From Lophium mytilinum (lineage: Eukaryota), in assembly GCA_010093605.1 (NCBI GenBank), contig MU004203.1, positions 148,156-200,385 on the forward strand: a stretch of DNA of 52,230 bases. Direction: 5' to 3'. The position numbers and the translations under genes were made by a program. Positions 21,645 to 34,199 of this stretch are shown piece by piece (within the stretch, counting starts at the first letter, position 1; each line of letters starts with the position of its first letter). The notes below the pieces were generated by a model, which saw only the letters and a program-made list of their open reading frames with translations, did not search any database and was not told the origin of the DNA.

Positions 21645-24600
21645 TCAATCCACAGCATCGCTATCCTCAGCATCCTCATCCTCACCTTCGCCCTCTTCCT
21701 CCTCATCCTCCGCATCCGAAATCTCTTCTCCAAGCGCTTTAAGCCGTTCCTAGAACACATTAGCAACCCACCCTCACAAAATCCTTCATCTCCCGAACGA
21801 CAACATACCTTATCCCTCCCCCGCTTCTCTTCCAAATCCCCAAGCACCACAAACAAATCATCCAACTCCGTCTGCACCGCCTTCCTCTCTGCCTCCTTCT
21901 CCTCCAGTCCCTTCTCCGCCTTCTTCATCTTATCCTGCGCATCCTTAACTTTCCACACATTCTCCTGCACCTCCGTCTTCAGTTGCCTGTTATCCGCCTT
22001 CAGCTTCTCCACCTCAGCCTCTCTAGTCGCTTTCTCCTCTTTCAACGCCTCGGACTCGTCCTCCGCTTTCTTGAGTTCCGCTTCGAGCGACGAGATAGTC
22101 TGCCGCACGAGCGCGATCTCGTCTTTCGTGCGGCGCTGGGTGGCCTGGAAGCTCTGGATCGTTTCGAGCGCATCGCCGCGCTCCTCCTCCGTTTTCTCGT
22201 TGCGGGCTTCGGCGTCGCGGAGGGCTTTGCTCAGGTCGTGGAGCTTGCTTTCGTACTCCTGCTTCGTCTTCGCGACAGCGGTGGGCGTCTCTTTCTGCGC
22301 CTGCGCGAGCTTGGTGTTCAGTGCAGCTAACTGCAGGTTGTGCTTATTCTCGAGGTCGAGCGTCGCCTGGCGGTGTTCACGGTCGAGCTTCGCAGCGGCT
22401 TCGTCGTGTGTGCGGTGAAGGTCTTCGTTAATGCGCTTGATGGTGTTGAGTTGGGTCAGTGACTGGTCTTGGGTTTTGCGGTGGTCGGCTAGTTCTTGGT
22501 TGAGCTTCTGCTCCATGGCGAGGAGCTCGGCTTGAGCTTTTTCGAGGGCTTGGATCTTTTCGTCGAGTTGGCCGCGTAAGGAGTCGACGAGGTCTCTATC
22601 GATGCCTTGCTCGGTCTGGTGGATCTCTAGTCCGGGGTCACGATCGATGGTCCTGGACAGGCGGCTGAAGTTATCTTTGAGAAAATCAACGAAGGTTGTG
22701 TCGAAGTACACCTCCGGCAGGTTGCCGCTAGAGGCGTGAGAGGAGACCTCAAAATCGCGGACTAGCGGGTGTTGGCGGAGATTCGTGATGGCGTCTAGGT
22801 ACTTCTCTCGGCCCAGGCGGGTGGTGAGGAATGGCTGGAGGTCGCGGCGCGAGATGGGGGAGTCCTTGGTAGAGAATTCGTAAATGATTCCGAGGAGAGC
22901 AGCACAAAGACCTCTGATGACAGCTAGATCGGCGCCTGGTTTCGATGCCGCGTTGACCAGACTCTCAAGACTGCTACCCTCGTTGAGAAAATCGTTCACT
23001 GCGTTGGCATCCTCGAACAGCCAACCACAAAGGAGCATCAGGTAGCCAATCGAGATCCGCTCGTCTTCCCCAATCTGGAGACTCGCGATCAGGTTGCCGG
23101 TAATAGCCTGAATGCAGGTCACGACTTCCTCTCCACTTTCCGCGTCCCCTTCCTCGACTGCCATCAGTAGATCCTTCCCTTCTCTGTCGTCATAGATGAG
23201 ATGCAACACTAAGATGGCCGCAAACCAGGTCCGGTAGGGGTCGATGGTCTGAGAGCCTTGTGGGCCTGCGACGAGCGTCGTGAGAACGTTCGCTGTTTCA
23301 TCTGCGCCAGAGACGTGCCCATCGATGGCTCTCTTTAGGAAGTGCAGTCGAATGGGAGTGTGATTGTAGAAGTACGCTTTTATACATTCACAAGCTGCGA
23401 ATCTCGCATCAAAAAGCTCTGTTGACGCGGGGCTCAGGGCGAGGTCCAGCAAGGCATCGATAACGTAAACTTTGGGAACGCCATTTGACAATGCATCGCC
23501 GTTTGTGTCTAGCTGTGTTTGGACCAAGGGACTGACTTGGAGTTGCGCGAAACCTTCTTGTAGGCGAGCGTTTCCTCTGATCATGTCTGCGCAAGTGTTC
23601 AAAGCCTGGATAGTGAGCCATGGATGATGATAAATAAAGGGATTCATTTACCTCGACTTTGATGGGGATGGTTGTCGATTTGTCAAATGCCATGTTCAAC
23701 ACCTTCTGCAGCAACCCATGCTTTTGGAATGCATTTTGATTGAGTAGAGTGCTTGTGCTGCCTTGAAGAAGAAACATGCGCACTATGGCCAGTAGTCCCC
23801 AGATGTTCTTGTCTTTCTGAGGGCTCGTCCAATCATCTTCTGGTGGCCCGGGCGACTTCGCTTTCTTGATGGCTGGCTCTGGCAATAGTGCTGCGAGCCT
23901 CGCAACACCGCCTGTCTCCCGAAACGCGGTCTGATTGGAAGCGTTGTAGTGCACGAGATTCGCGAGCAAGGAGAGACAATCCTGAACGATTATTCCGCCT
24001 TGTAATAGAGATCCCTCGGCGTCAATGAGACTGAAGACCCTTTCAAACGCGTTCTCGAAGACGAAGAGTTTCTGAAGCTCGGTTGACGACTGGGACAGGT
24101 CGTTGAGAACCATGAGGCCAGCTACACACCAAAAGAACATATCAGCAGGTGTTCTCCATCATCCCCAGATTGTTCCTACCATTCCGTACTGCGTCTCGAG
24201 TGTCGTCCAGGGTTGCTACCAGCCTTGTGGTGCCGAACGGAGCTGTCAGGACACACTCCTGAGTCCTGTCGGGGCGCGCGCTCGAGATTGCTTGTATGAT
24301 TTGTAATGCATACAGCCTAGAATAGAAGTCGTGCGTCTCAAGGAGGTCGAGGAGGATCGTTATGTTATCTTGACGCTACCATAAGCTCAGTACGTGCAAG
24401 GTTGTGGAAAGGGAGTGGTAGTACCTGCGTAAATTCATCTGCGAGCCAAAGAGCAATCTCGTCGGAGGCTTCAGGCTGTCACTTCATCAGCACAACATCC
24501 CACAACCACCAACATGCCCTGGGTCTCGTACACTTGTCTCGTTGGGGTTGAACAGCATCAGGAGGGTCTCGAGGACCACCTTGATTGTGTCCACATCCTC

Positions 24601-24807
24601 GGCGTCCTTTGTCAAACAACTTATCAGGCCACGAAGCGAGCCTGATGCCACTGACGCCGGAAATTCTTTGGCGAAGCTGCGGAGCCCCAAGATGGCTCCC
24701 CGGCGGTCCTCGAGGAGGGTGGCGTTCGTCAGGCGGCTGCTGAGGGTACTGATGGTGTCTGTAGCCGTCTGCTTGGCCGGCGCCTGGGCCTCCAGCATAC
24801 GCAGCAT
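21645..24807 (-). CDS. USO1: Vesicle tethering protein Uso1/p115; exons 24807-24532, 24475-24425, 24375-24180, 24121-23652, 23605-21809, 21749-21645
   Basis: Head motifs ATLLEDRR.AILGLRSFAK, EIALWLADEF, DFYSRLY, LQKLFVFENAFERVF, GGIIVQDCL.LL.NL; a long coiled coil; C-terminal QTELDDLFVVL.DLEEKR..DK|ERLKALGEEISD and an acidic tail. Five GT-AG introns keep frame. Confidence 0.93.
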
Positions 24808-25495
24808 CGTTCAGAGCAGACTCGGAGATGGAAAAGACAGCAGGGCTCAAATCTCCATCGCTGGTAGAGGGGGTATACGTGGTCACTGGGGGCGAATCGA
24901 AGCGTGGATGTGGCAGGCAGACAACTGGCAGTGCATTGCCGTGAATGTAGGAGTAGACAGCCCCAAAGCACTCAAAGGGGGGAATATAGCAAGCAGTGCA
25001 GGCCTGTGGTGTTGCAAGCTGTCGTCTGGCCCTAATAGACAGCTCCTGCGTCGTCCTTGACTCGTCGCCGGCCCGACTCCTACAGAACGCAGCTGCTCTA
25101 CCAAACGGCCCTACCGCACTGAACCCACCCCTGCCACCCGCCAGCCCTGCACACCCCTGCCGCCTGCAGCCCTGACGCCAAGACGGCAACCCCCGGCCAG
25201 TCGAGCTTTGAACTTTACTTCACTTGCCCTCCACCACAACACTTCCTTTCATCACCGACACACCCTCTTTCACCAACCCCAACCTCCACCACACTCTCTT
25301 GTGTGCATGAGCGGTCCTCTCCACCTTCACTCGAGCTGTTGCCAGCTCCCCCCTTCACTCTGCTCGCGCGTCTGAACACGCCTGCGCAACCTTCAAAAGC
25401 CCGCTCCCGCGCGCCCTCTCTCCGACCTACAACACTCTCTCTCCTCCACCCTCTTTCCTCCACCACGACCAAGCTCTCGTGTGCGCATCGCAGCC

Positions 25496-28400
25496 ATGGG
25501 TGTACCAGCCTTGTTCCGCTGGCTGTCGAAGAAATACCCTAAGATTGTCTCCACCGTTATCGAGGCGAAGCCCAAAGATCTCGATGGCGTCGAGGTCCCC
25601 GTCGACTACACCCAGCCCAATCCCAATGGCGAGGAGTTCGACAACTTGTACCTGGATATGAATGGCATTGTTCATCCGTGTTCTCATCCCGAGGACAAGC
25701 CCGCCCCTCGCAACGAGGTCGAGATGATGTTGGCTGTGTTCACCTACACCGAGCGCGTTGTCAACATGGCTCGTCCGCGCAAGTTGCTGTACCTTGCAGT
25801 TGGTATGTCGTCCCATCCCTGCTTCAATCCCTATCCCCAAGATCTATTCCCTTGCCATGATCTTGGTCGTCGGCTACAAGTCCTGGGATGCGCCGCATCC
25901 TTAATCTGCCTCCCAATTCCCACTTCCTCTCCTACTCCTTCTCCTTCTCCTTCTTCCACTCCTCTCAAGTCAATTCAGCTTCGCTAACAGGAGATCTTCT
26001 AGATGGTGTTGCCCCTCGCGCAAAACAGAATCAGCAGCGGAAGCGACGCTTCATGTCCGCTCGAGAGGCGGCCGAGAAGGACGAGATGAAGGTTGAATTT
26101 GACAAGATGCTCCGGGACAAGCGTATGGCCGCTTTCGCAACGGGCGACGCAGAAGAGGAGGATGACGGTGAAGAGGTGGAAGCGGATGACGACCTGCCCA
26201 AGAAGACGTGGGACAGCAACGCCATCACCCCCGGCACTCCGTTCATGCACTTGCTTGCCGCGTCCTTGAAGTACTGGACTCAGTACAAGCTCAGCACCGA
26301 TACCAGCTGGAAAAACCTCAAGGTGATCATCTCCGACGCGTCTGTTCCTGGCGAAGGAGAACACAAGATCATGAACTTCATCCGGTCGCAGCGTCGCTCG
26401 CCCGACCACAACCCGAACACCCGCCACGTCATCTATGGCTTGGATGCAGATCTCATTATGCTTGCTCTTGTTACCCACGAGCCGCATTTCAGGGTTCTGC
26501 GCGAGGATGTCTTCTTCGAGGCTAACAAGAACGCCTGTCGGAAGTGTGGACAGCAGGGACACTATGCTGACCAGTGTACCGGTGCCGTCGCCAAGAAGGA
26601 GGATGAGCACAAGAACGCCGAGCCAGAAGAGAAGCCTTTCATCTGGCTTCATGTCAATGTGCTCCGGGAATACCTCGAGGTCGAGATGTCTGTTCCGGGC
26701 ATGCCGTTTTCAACCGACATCGAGCGTGCGATCGACGATTGGGTTTTCATGTGTTTCTTTGTCGGTAACGATTTCCTTCCCCACCTTCCAAGTCTCGAGA
26801 TTCGCGAGGATGGCATCGATACTTTGATCGGTCTCTGGCGCAAATTGTTCCGCGAAATGGGTGGATACGTCACCGAGGATGGCCAGGTCGTTATGGCGCG
26901 TGCCCAGATCATTCTCAAAGGCCTAGCGGCTCTGGAGAACGGTATCTTCAAGCGTCGCAAGCAGAATGAAGATCGACGAGAGGAGGGCATTCGTCGGCGA
27001 GCTGAGCGAGACGCCCAAAATGCGGCTCGGCGAGGAGGCATCGGAATGCCCCCAGCGAAGCGTATCAAGGAGACCACCGAGACTTATACCAATATTGCAT
27101 CTTTCGCGCCGGACAAGCTGCAGTCCGCTGAGGCGAGACAGGCCTCGCATGCTATGCTTGATAAGGACGCTCACAACAAGGCCAATATGAGCGCTGCCGC
27201 TGTTCTCAAGGAGCAACTGAAGGGCAAGAAGCGTACTGCCACCGATGTTGATGCTGAGGATGCAGCCTCAAATGTCGAAGAATCTCCTTCGAGCAACAGC
27301 AGGAAGTTAGAGCTCGTGGATGACAGCGACACCGGCACACCAGGTCGCGCGACGCCTGTTGTCGAGCACAAGCACAAGGGCGGCGAAAAGGACCCAGCTC
27401 CGGACACAGTCATGCTGTGGGAAGACGGCTATGCCGAGCGCTATTACGAGCAGAAGTTCAACGTTGCTCCCGACGACTACGAGTTCCGCAACAAGGTTGG
27501 ACGATCGTACATGGAAGGCCTTTGCTGGGTGCTCCTCTACTATCTCCAAGGCTGCCCGGACTGGGAGTGGTACTACCCGTACCATTACTCTCCCTTCGCG
27601 GCTGACTTTGTGGATATTGATCAGATGACGATCGACTTCAAGAAGGGCGAGCCGTTCAAGCCCTACGAGCAGCTCATGGCAGTCCTACCCGCTGCTTCGA
27701 ACCACGCCATCCCTGAGGCGTACCGGACTCTCATGACCGACGAGGACAGCGTCATTCGCGAGTTCTACCCGGTCGACTTCGTCCTGGACCTGAACGGAAA
27801 GAAGTTCGACTGGCAGGGTGTCGCGCTTATTCCATTTGTCGACATGGACAAGCTCAAGGAGGCCATGCGCACTAAGGATCATCTGCTCACCGACGACGAG
27901 AGGGCTCGCAACGCCATGGGACATGAGATGCTTATCTTCTCGATCGAGCATGACCTCTACGCAAAGGTCACCGAACTCTTCTATTCTCTCAAGGCCGAAG
28001 AGAGCGAGACTATGACGCTGGACCCAAAGGCCAGTCATGGATTGATTGGCAAGGTTGTCAAAGACGAGGACTATCTTCCAGGCAGCTCTTTGACGTATCC
28101 TCTTGCGTCAGACCAGATGCCTGACATCGAAGACAACAAGTCGATTAGGTATCGTTTCGTTTTTACCCTTCTACTTTTCATTTCATTATTGAACTTTGCT
28201 AACACTGCTACTCTAGTCTCGTCTACTTGATGCCCAAGCACAAGTCGGCCCACAAGTCCATGCTCCTCACCAACCTGGAGCATCCTGCCCGCGTCCTTAG
28301 CGATAGCGACAAGGCTGAGACACGTGACCGAGCCGGAGGAAATCGAAGCAATCAGCGCGGAGGCTTCAATCGAGGCGGCTCCAGCAACCGCGGTGGCCCT

Positions 28401-29090
28401 AGCAACCGTGCCCGGGGGAACTCCAGCGCAGGCTATCACAACGGCAGCGCGAACAACGGCGGTGAGCCTTCTCAAGTTCAAGTTCACTCGAGCATGCCAG
28501 AGGAGCCTCAGTATACTGCGGCACCTGTGCAGAGCTATGGGCCTGGAGTGGTGATTCAGAAGGCGGCGGTGATATACGCCACGCCTAGGATCGCAAACCC
28601 TACCCCTACCCCTCCCCCTCCCCCTACCTTTAACGCGTACATACCGCCTCCGCGTACCCCCGCGATGCATTGGTACCCACACAATGCGCACTACAATGCT
28701 CATTATAATTACGCAGGCCCCCCCGCTTACGGCTGGAATGGTTACAACACTCCCGGAAACAACTACGCCCCGGGCCAATACAACGGCGGATACAACCAGC
28801 CACAGCGTCGTCCCCCTCCACCCCCGGCGTACAACCCAATGAACGCGTTGTACGCGGAGCTCGGCCAGGCCCCCCCTCCCCCTCCGCCTGCCGCGCCGTG
28901 GCGCGGAGGCAATGGAAATGGTGGTTATGGTGGTTATCAAGGCGGAAACGGCGGCGGAAATGGTGGTTATCGAGGCGGAAATGGCGGCGGAAATGGCGGT
29001 TATGGCGGCAATGGCGGAAATGGTGGTTATAGGGGAAATGGCGGTTATGGTGGCAATGGTGGTAATGGCGGTTATCGTGGCAGACGCTGA
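25496..29090 (+). CDS. RAT1: Nuclear 5'-3' exoribonuclease Rat1/Xrn2/Dhp1; exons 25496-25802, 26003-28148, 28217-29090 (possible extra in-frame intron 28462-28716)
   Basis: [70 protein letters not shown], zinc knuckle [44 protein letters not shown]; Gly/Asn/Tyr-rich tail. Confidence 0.96.
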
Positions 29091-29329
29091 GGGCCCTAGG
29101 TGGCAGTTCCTTCGGTGAGTAGTTTGAACGGCGTGGCGGGGTGCTTGGGATTTGGAGCCCGGTGTAGCGGTTTTGACCGTGTTGATACCCAATTGAGAGG
29201 CTTCTATATAGGTTTGAACGGCGAAAAAAATGAATCGGCGATAGGCTGATTTCGAGCCTGCGGGCTCTGAATAGATCCTTTTCTATTCAAATTTGGTATT
29301 CTGCGTGATGGTGTCGTGAATTGGCTATG

Positions 29330-32300
29330 GGTTTGGCACGTGATGCCAGCGTTTGAGGTGCCCTGATTTGTAGAAGAAGATTTTGAGGCGATGTTAAAGT
29401 TTGGAGGGTTCATATTGTATAGCGTTGTTTTGGGGCGTTTTGAGAGGTGTTTGGTACCGTCTGAAGTCCTTTGATAGTGCGAGAAAATGTAGCATAGGAT
29501 GTCAAAAGCTGTAGTTGCCGTATTTGGCATGGTTTTGGGGGTTGGGATAGCTGGTTGAAGCCGGTAAGTAGGTGCGTGTCGGGGGCTAGTAAACGGGTGT
29601 TTGACAGGTGTTTGGTACCGTCTGAAGTCCTTTGACGGTGCGAGAAAACGCAGAACAGGATGTCAAAGTTCAAGGAGTTCAGATTGTACTACGTTGATTC
29701 ACGAGGGTTTGGGGGGTGTTTGGTACCGTCTGAGGTCCTATGACAGTGCGAGAGAATACAAGGGAGGATGTCAAAAACTGTAGCTTTCGTATTGGGCTTC
29801 GTTGTGGGGGCTGGGATAACCTGTTGAAGCTGCTAAGTAGGGGCGTGCAGGGCTCTAGTCAACGGGTGTTGGATAGGTGATTGGTACCGTCTGAGGTCCC
29901 TTGGCAGTGCGAAAAAACGCATAGTAGGATGTCAAAAACTGGGGCTCTTAGATTGTACTGCGTTGATTTGGGGTTGTTTAAGTAGTAGTTGATACCGTCT
30001 GAAGCCCTCTAGCAGCGCGAAAAATGCGGAACCGGATGTTAAAGTTCAGAGGCTTTAGATTTTACTACGTTAATTTATAAGGGTTTAGGGGCTGGATGGT
30101 ACCGTCTGAATTCCTCTGGCGGTGCCAAGAATTTGGGGATAGGATGTCAAAAACTGGGGTCCTCAGATCGTATTCCGTTGATTTGGGGTCGTTTGGGAGG
30201 TGTTTGATACCGTCTGAAGTCCTCTGGCACTGCTAAAAAATGTAGAAGAAGATGTTAAAGTTTAAGGCGTTCAGATTGGATGAGGCTGAATCAAGAGTGT
30301 TTGGGCGGTGGTTGATACCGTCTGAAGCCCTCTAGCGGTGTCAAAAATTGGGAGATAGAATGTCAAAGTTCAGTGGATTAGATCGTATTTTGTGGATTTG
30401 GCTGGCTTCAGCATACGTTTAATACCGTCTGAAGTCCCCTAGAGGTGCGGAAAATATAAAAGATAGGATGTCAAAAACCGCACGTGCTGAACCAACATAC
30501 TTTTTGGGAGGTTGGATCGCCTATTGAAGCCAGCACGTCAGGTCGTGCTAGCATCTGTTCACCAGCTTTTGGCAGCTGTTTGGTACCGTCTGGAGTCCTC
30601 TAGCAATGCCATAAATTGGGAGATAGGATGTAAAAAACCGCACGCCCCAGATTGACGTGCGTTTTGCGTGATTGAACAACCTGTTAGAGCCAGCACGTCG
30701 GGTCGTGCTAGAATCTGTTCACCAGCTTTTGGCAGGTGCTTGATACCGTCTGAAGGCCTCTGGCAGTACGGAAAATCGAGAGATAGGATGTAAAAAGCTG
30801 CACGTGCTGAATTGAACTGAATTTTGGGCGATTGGACATCCCGTTGAAGCCAGCACGGTAGGTAGTGCTAGAATTTCTTTGCTAGCGTTTGATAGGTGTT
30901 TAGTACCGTTTGAAGTCCTCTAGCAGTGTGAAGAATCGAGATATAAGATATAAAAGACTGCACGTGCTGAATTAACATGCATTTTGGGCAGCATAATAGC
31001 TCGTTGAAGCCGGTAAGGCGAGCCGTGTAGAAATCCACCAAAGGCGTGATTGGCCGTTGTTTGGCGCCGTCTGGAGTCCTCTGGCAACGTGAAAAATCAG
31101 GAGATAGGATGTTAAAAACTGCACGTGTTGAATTGGGTATTCTTTTGGGAGGTTGGATAGCTAGTCGAGGGTGGAATGTAGGGGCGGTGCTAGAGCCAAA
31201 TGACGGACGGTTTGACAAGCGAATGGTACCGTCTGAAGTCCTCTGAAGGTGCGAAAAATTAGTAGTTACGATGTTAAAAACCCCACGCCCTATATCAGAC
31301 TGTGTTTTACGAGGGTGGATAGCTAGTCGAGGCCGGTATATAGGGGCGGTGGAAGTGTGCATTAAGGGATGGTTTAGCAGGTGGATGGTACCGTCTGAGG
31401 TGTCTGAATGGGTCGAAAAAAGAAAAACACGATGTCAAAGGCTACACGAGCTAGAATGGGCTCCTTCCTGGGGGGTCTGATACCCCGTTGAAGCCGGCAA
31501 GCATGGGATGTATAGGGCTCTCACGAATGAGGGTTTGCCAGGTGGGTGATACCGTTTGAGGTGGCTCGAACAGGTAGAAAAATGAAAAACACGATGTCAA
31601 AACCGGTACGCGCTGTATTGACCCGCCTTTTGGGGGCCCTGATAGCCCGTCGAAGCCGGCAAGTAGAGGTGTGTAGAAATCTAGCGAAGAAGGGTTTGAC
31701 AGGTAGTTAATGTCGTTTGAGGTGGCTCAAAGGGGTTGGAAAATGGAAAACAAGATGTCAAAAGCTGCACGTGCTGTATTGGGTATTGTTTTGGGAGGTT
31801 GAATAGCTCGTTAAAGCCGGCACGAGGAGATGTCTACGCGTGCAGGAAGTTCGTGAGTCCGACGCAATTTGACTGTACCTTGCGAGTGTAACGTGATATC
31901 GGCTTCGTTTGTAGGAGATGTTTGCACACGTGATCGTGGCGTTTGAGGTGCCTTAATTGGGTAGCATTTTCGAAGAGAGGATGTAAAGGATTGAACGTGC
32001 CTAATCACCCTGTGTTTTGGCAGGGTAGATGTCTAGTCGAAGCCGGCACGAGCCCCTATGTGCTCGTGCAGTGAATCCGTGAGTCAGATGCGATGTGACT
32101 CTACCTTGCCAGCGTCACATGGGATCTGCTTTGTTTCTAAGAGGTGTTTGAGCACGTGATAGCGACGCTTAAGGTGCCCCAATTAGCTAAATAAATCTAT
32201 AATAGGATGCAAAAGACTGCACGTCCTGAACTGACCTACGATCTGGGGGTCCTAGTAGCTAGTCGAAGCCGACATGTATGGGTGTGTTGCTGCGCAGCGA

Positions 32301-33450
32301 GCTCGTGCTTCCTAGGGAACTTGAAACTGACTCGTGACTGTGGCGTGCAATCTGCTTTGTTTCGAACAGCTGCTGGCGCACGTGATCGTGGCGTTTGAGG
32401 TGGCTCGATTGAGTGAGAATGTTGAAGAGAGAATGTAAAGGACGGTACGTCTTGAGTTGACCTGCGATTTGCGGAGCCGGATCGCTACTCGAAGCCGGCA
32501 TGTAGGCGTGTGCGGCCTCGCAACGAACTCGTGCGTCCTATAAAACTTGGGAGTAAGTCGCGAGTGTGATGTGCAATCTGCTTCATTTCGAAGAGCTGCT
32601 AGTACGTGATGCCGGTGTTTGAGGTGCCCTAGCTGGCTGTGGTTTTCGGGAGAGGATGTAAAGCAATGCGCATGCGAGATTGCGCTTGGGTTTAAGAGTG
32701 CGGATAGCTAATTGAAGCCGACACGTTGGGGCATATAGGTGTGCAGCAACCGTGGTCATCTTTTGCGATCTGCGTAGCTCGCGAGGTCAAAAGCTCAATT
32801 TCTAGGAGCTTTTAGTACATGATGCCGGTGTTTGAGGTGCCCTGACTGCTTGATACCTTTGAAAAGGGAATGTAAAGGACTGTGCTGCTAGATTGCGCTT
32901 TGTTTTGAGGGGCTCGCTAGCCAGTTGAAGCCAGCACGCAAGGGCGTGTAGATGCGCAGCAATGTCGCTCTTCCTAAGCGATCTGTGCAGATCGCGAATC
33001 TAATGTGCGAAATACTCCATGTCTACTTACTATTGGTATGCGATCACGTCGTTTAGGGTGTCTTGAGTGGATATGAGTTTTGAGAAGATGATGCGGAAGA
33101 CTGCACATGCGAAACTGGCCTACATCTTGGCGCGTGTAATAGCTAGTGGAAGCCGCTACGTATGTGCGTATAGGCGTCCAGCGATATTCTGTTTTCTACG
33201 CGATCTCTGTAGCTCGCGAGCGTAGTCTGCGAGTTGCTCCGTTTCTGAAATTTCTGGGACACAATTGCACTGTTTGACGTGTCTCGAATGACTAGGAATG
33301 TGGCGAAGACGATGTAAAGGATTACACATGCCGAATTACCCCTTCAGTTTGGCACTTATGGTAGCTGACCGAGGCTAGTAAGGAGGTGTGCGTAGGGGTG
33401 CAGCGATATCGTTCCTCCTATACATTTGAGTTTAGCTCGCGACGTAATTT
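29330..33450 (+). repeat. Non-coding tandem array of 25 conserved cores with ~108, ~161 and ~213-226 bp units
   Basis: Core TACCGTCTGAAGTCC / GGCGTTTGAGGTGCC followed ~38 bp later by AGGATGT(C/A)AA. Core starts: 29347, 29455, 29616, 29724, 29885, 29993, 30100, 30208, 30316, 30423, 30584, 30744, 30904, 31065, 31227, 31389, 31550, 31711, 31937, 32163, 32389, 32613, 32826, 33047, 33268. Confidence 0.92.
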
Positions 33451-33978
33451 ATAATATGCCTTGTTTTTACAAGCTCTTAATAGTGTAATATTTCTAATTA
33501 TATAATATAAAAATTTAGAGAATAATAGATATTAATTCTATATAGAAATCTAGCTAGGCTATATATATATTAAAGAGGCCTATATAGGTCTTAATTATAC
33601 TAAATCTATATAGAAAAGTATTTCTATAGTAAATCTATATATTATATATATAATATCTAAATATTAACTATATATTAAGAATTTTATATTCTTTTCTTCT
33701 AGATTTAATTTACTATTAAATTATATTTATAATAGTATATTATACTTACTACTTTATACTATATACTATTAGTATATTAGGCTATTAGCTTCTTTAGAAG
33801 CTTTAAAGCTTCTAGAAGTATATAATACTATAAAAGGTATATTAATAGGCGGTAATATTATAGTAATATATCTAAAAGGGGTTTAGAATTCTTTAGAGGC
33901 CTACTACTATATTAGTAGAGGGGATAATAAAGGTATTAGAATATTTAATAGCTTAATAGTAAGAAAGAATTAAAAGAG

Positions 33979-34199
33979 TATTATAGTATAATATAGAATT
34001 ATAATAGAAAACTAGATAGTATTAAGTATATAATAAAGTAGCTATAAGAAAAAAGAGTAGGGCGCGGAGCGCCGGCTAAGAGGTAGGTAAGGCTAGTACT
34101 AAGTAAGGTTATATAATAGTAACACATAATAGAGGCTATATAATACTATTACTTATAATAGAAGTATATTATACTAAAGGTTATATTATAGCTATAATA
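33979..34199 (-). repeat. 3' LTR of the Gypsy element
   Basis: Near-identical to 48151-48371; the differences I could see are transitions. Termini TATTA...TAATA fit a RIP-mutated TG...CA. Confidence 0.92.

Noticed and set aside
21617..21808. ORF-track C-terminus of Uso1 (VCCRSGDEG...)
   Set aside because: It reads through intron 21808-21750; the spliced acidic tail matches the family.
29455..31400. Core ACCGTCTGAA resembles the Neisseria DNA uptake sequence GCCGTCTGAA
   Set aside because: One mismatch, embedded in a longer fungal repeat that drifts along the array; most likely coincidence.
29204..32501. ORFs within the array (e.g. 30868-31362 minus, with repeated FNIL..QRTSDG peptides)
   Set aside because: Unit lengths of 107, 160 and 161 bp break the frame and stops are frequent; the peptide repeats just mirror the DNA repeat.
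29330..33450. CRISPR-like repeat/spacer appearance
   Set aside because: Eukaryotic context with no cas genes; cores are degenerate, and the linkers are homologous to each other rather than unique spacers.
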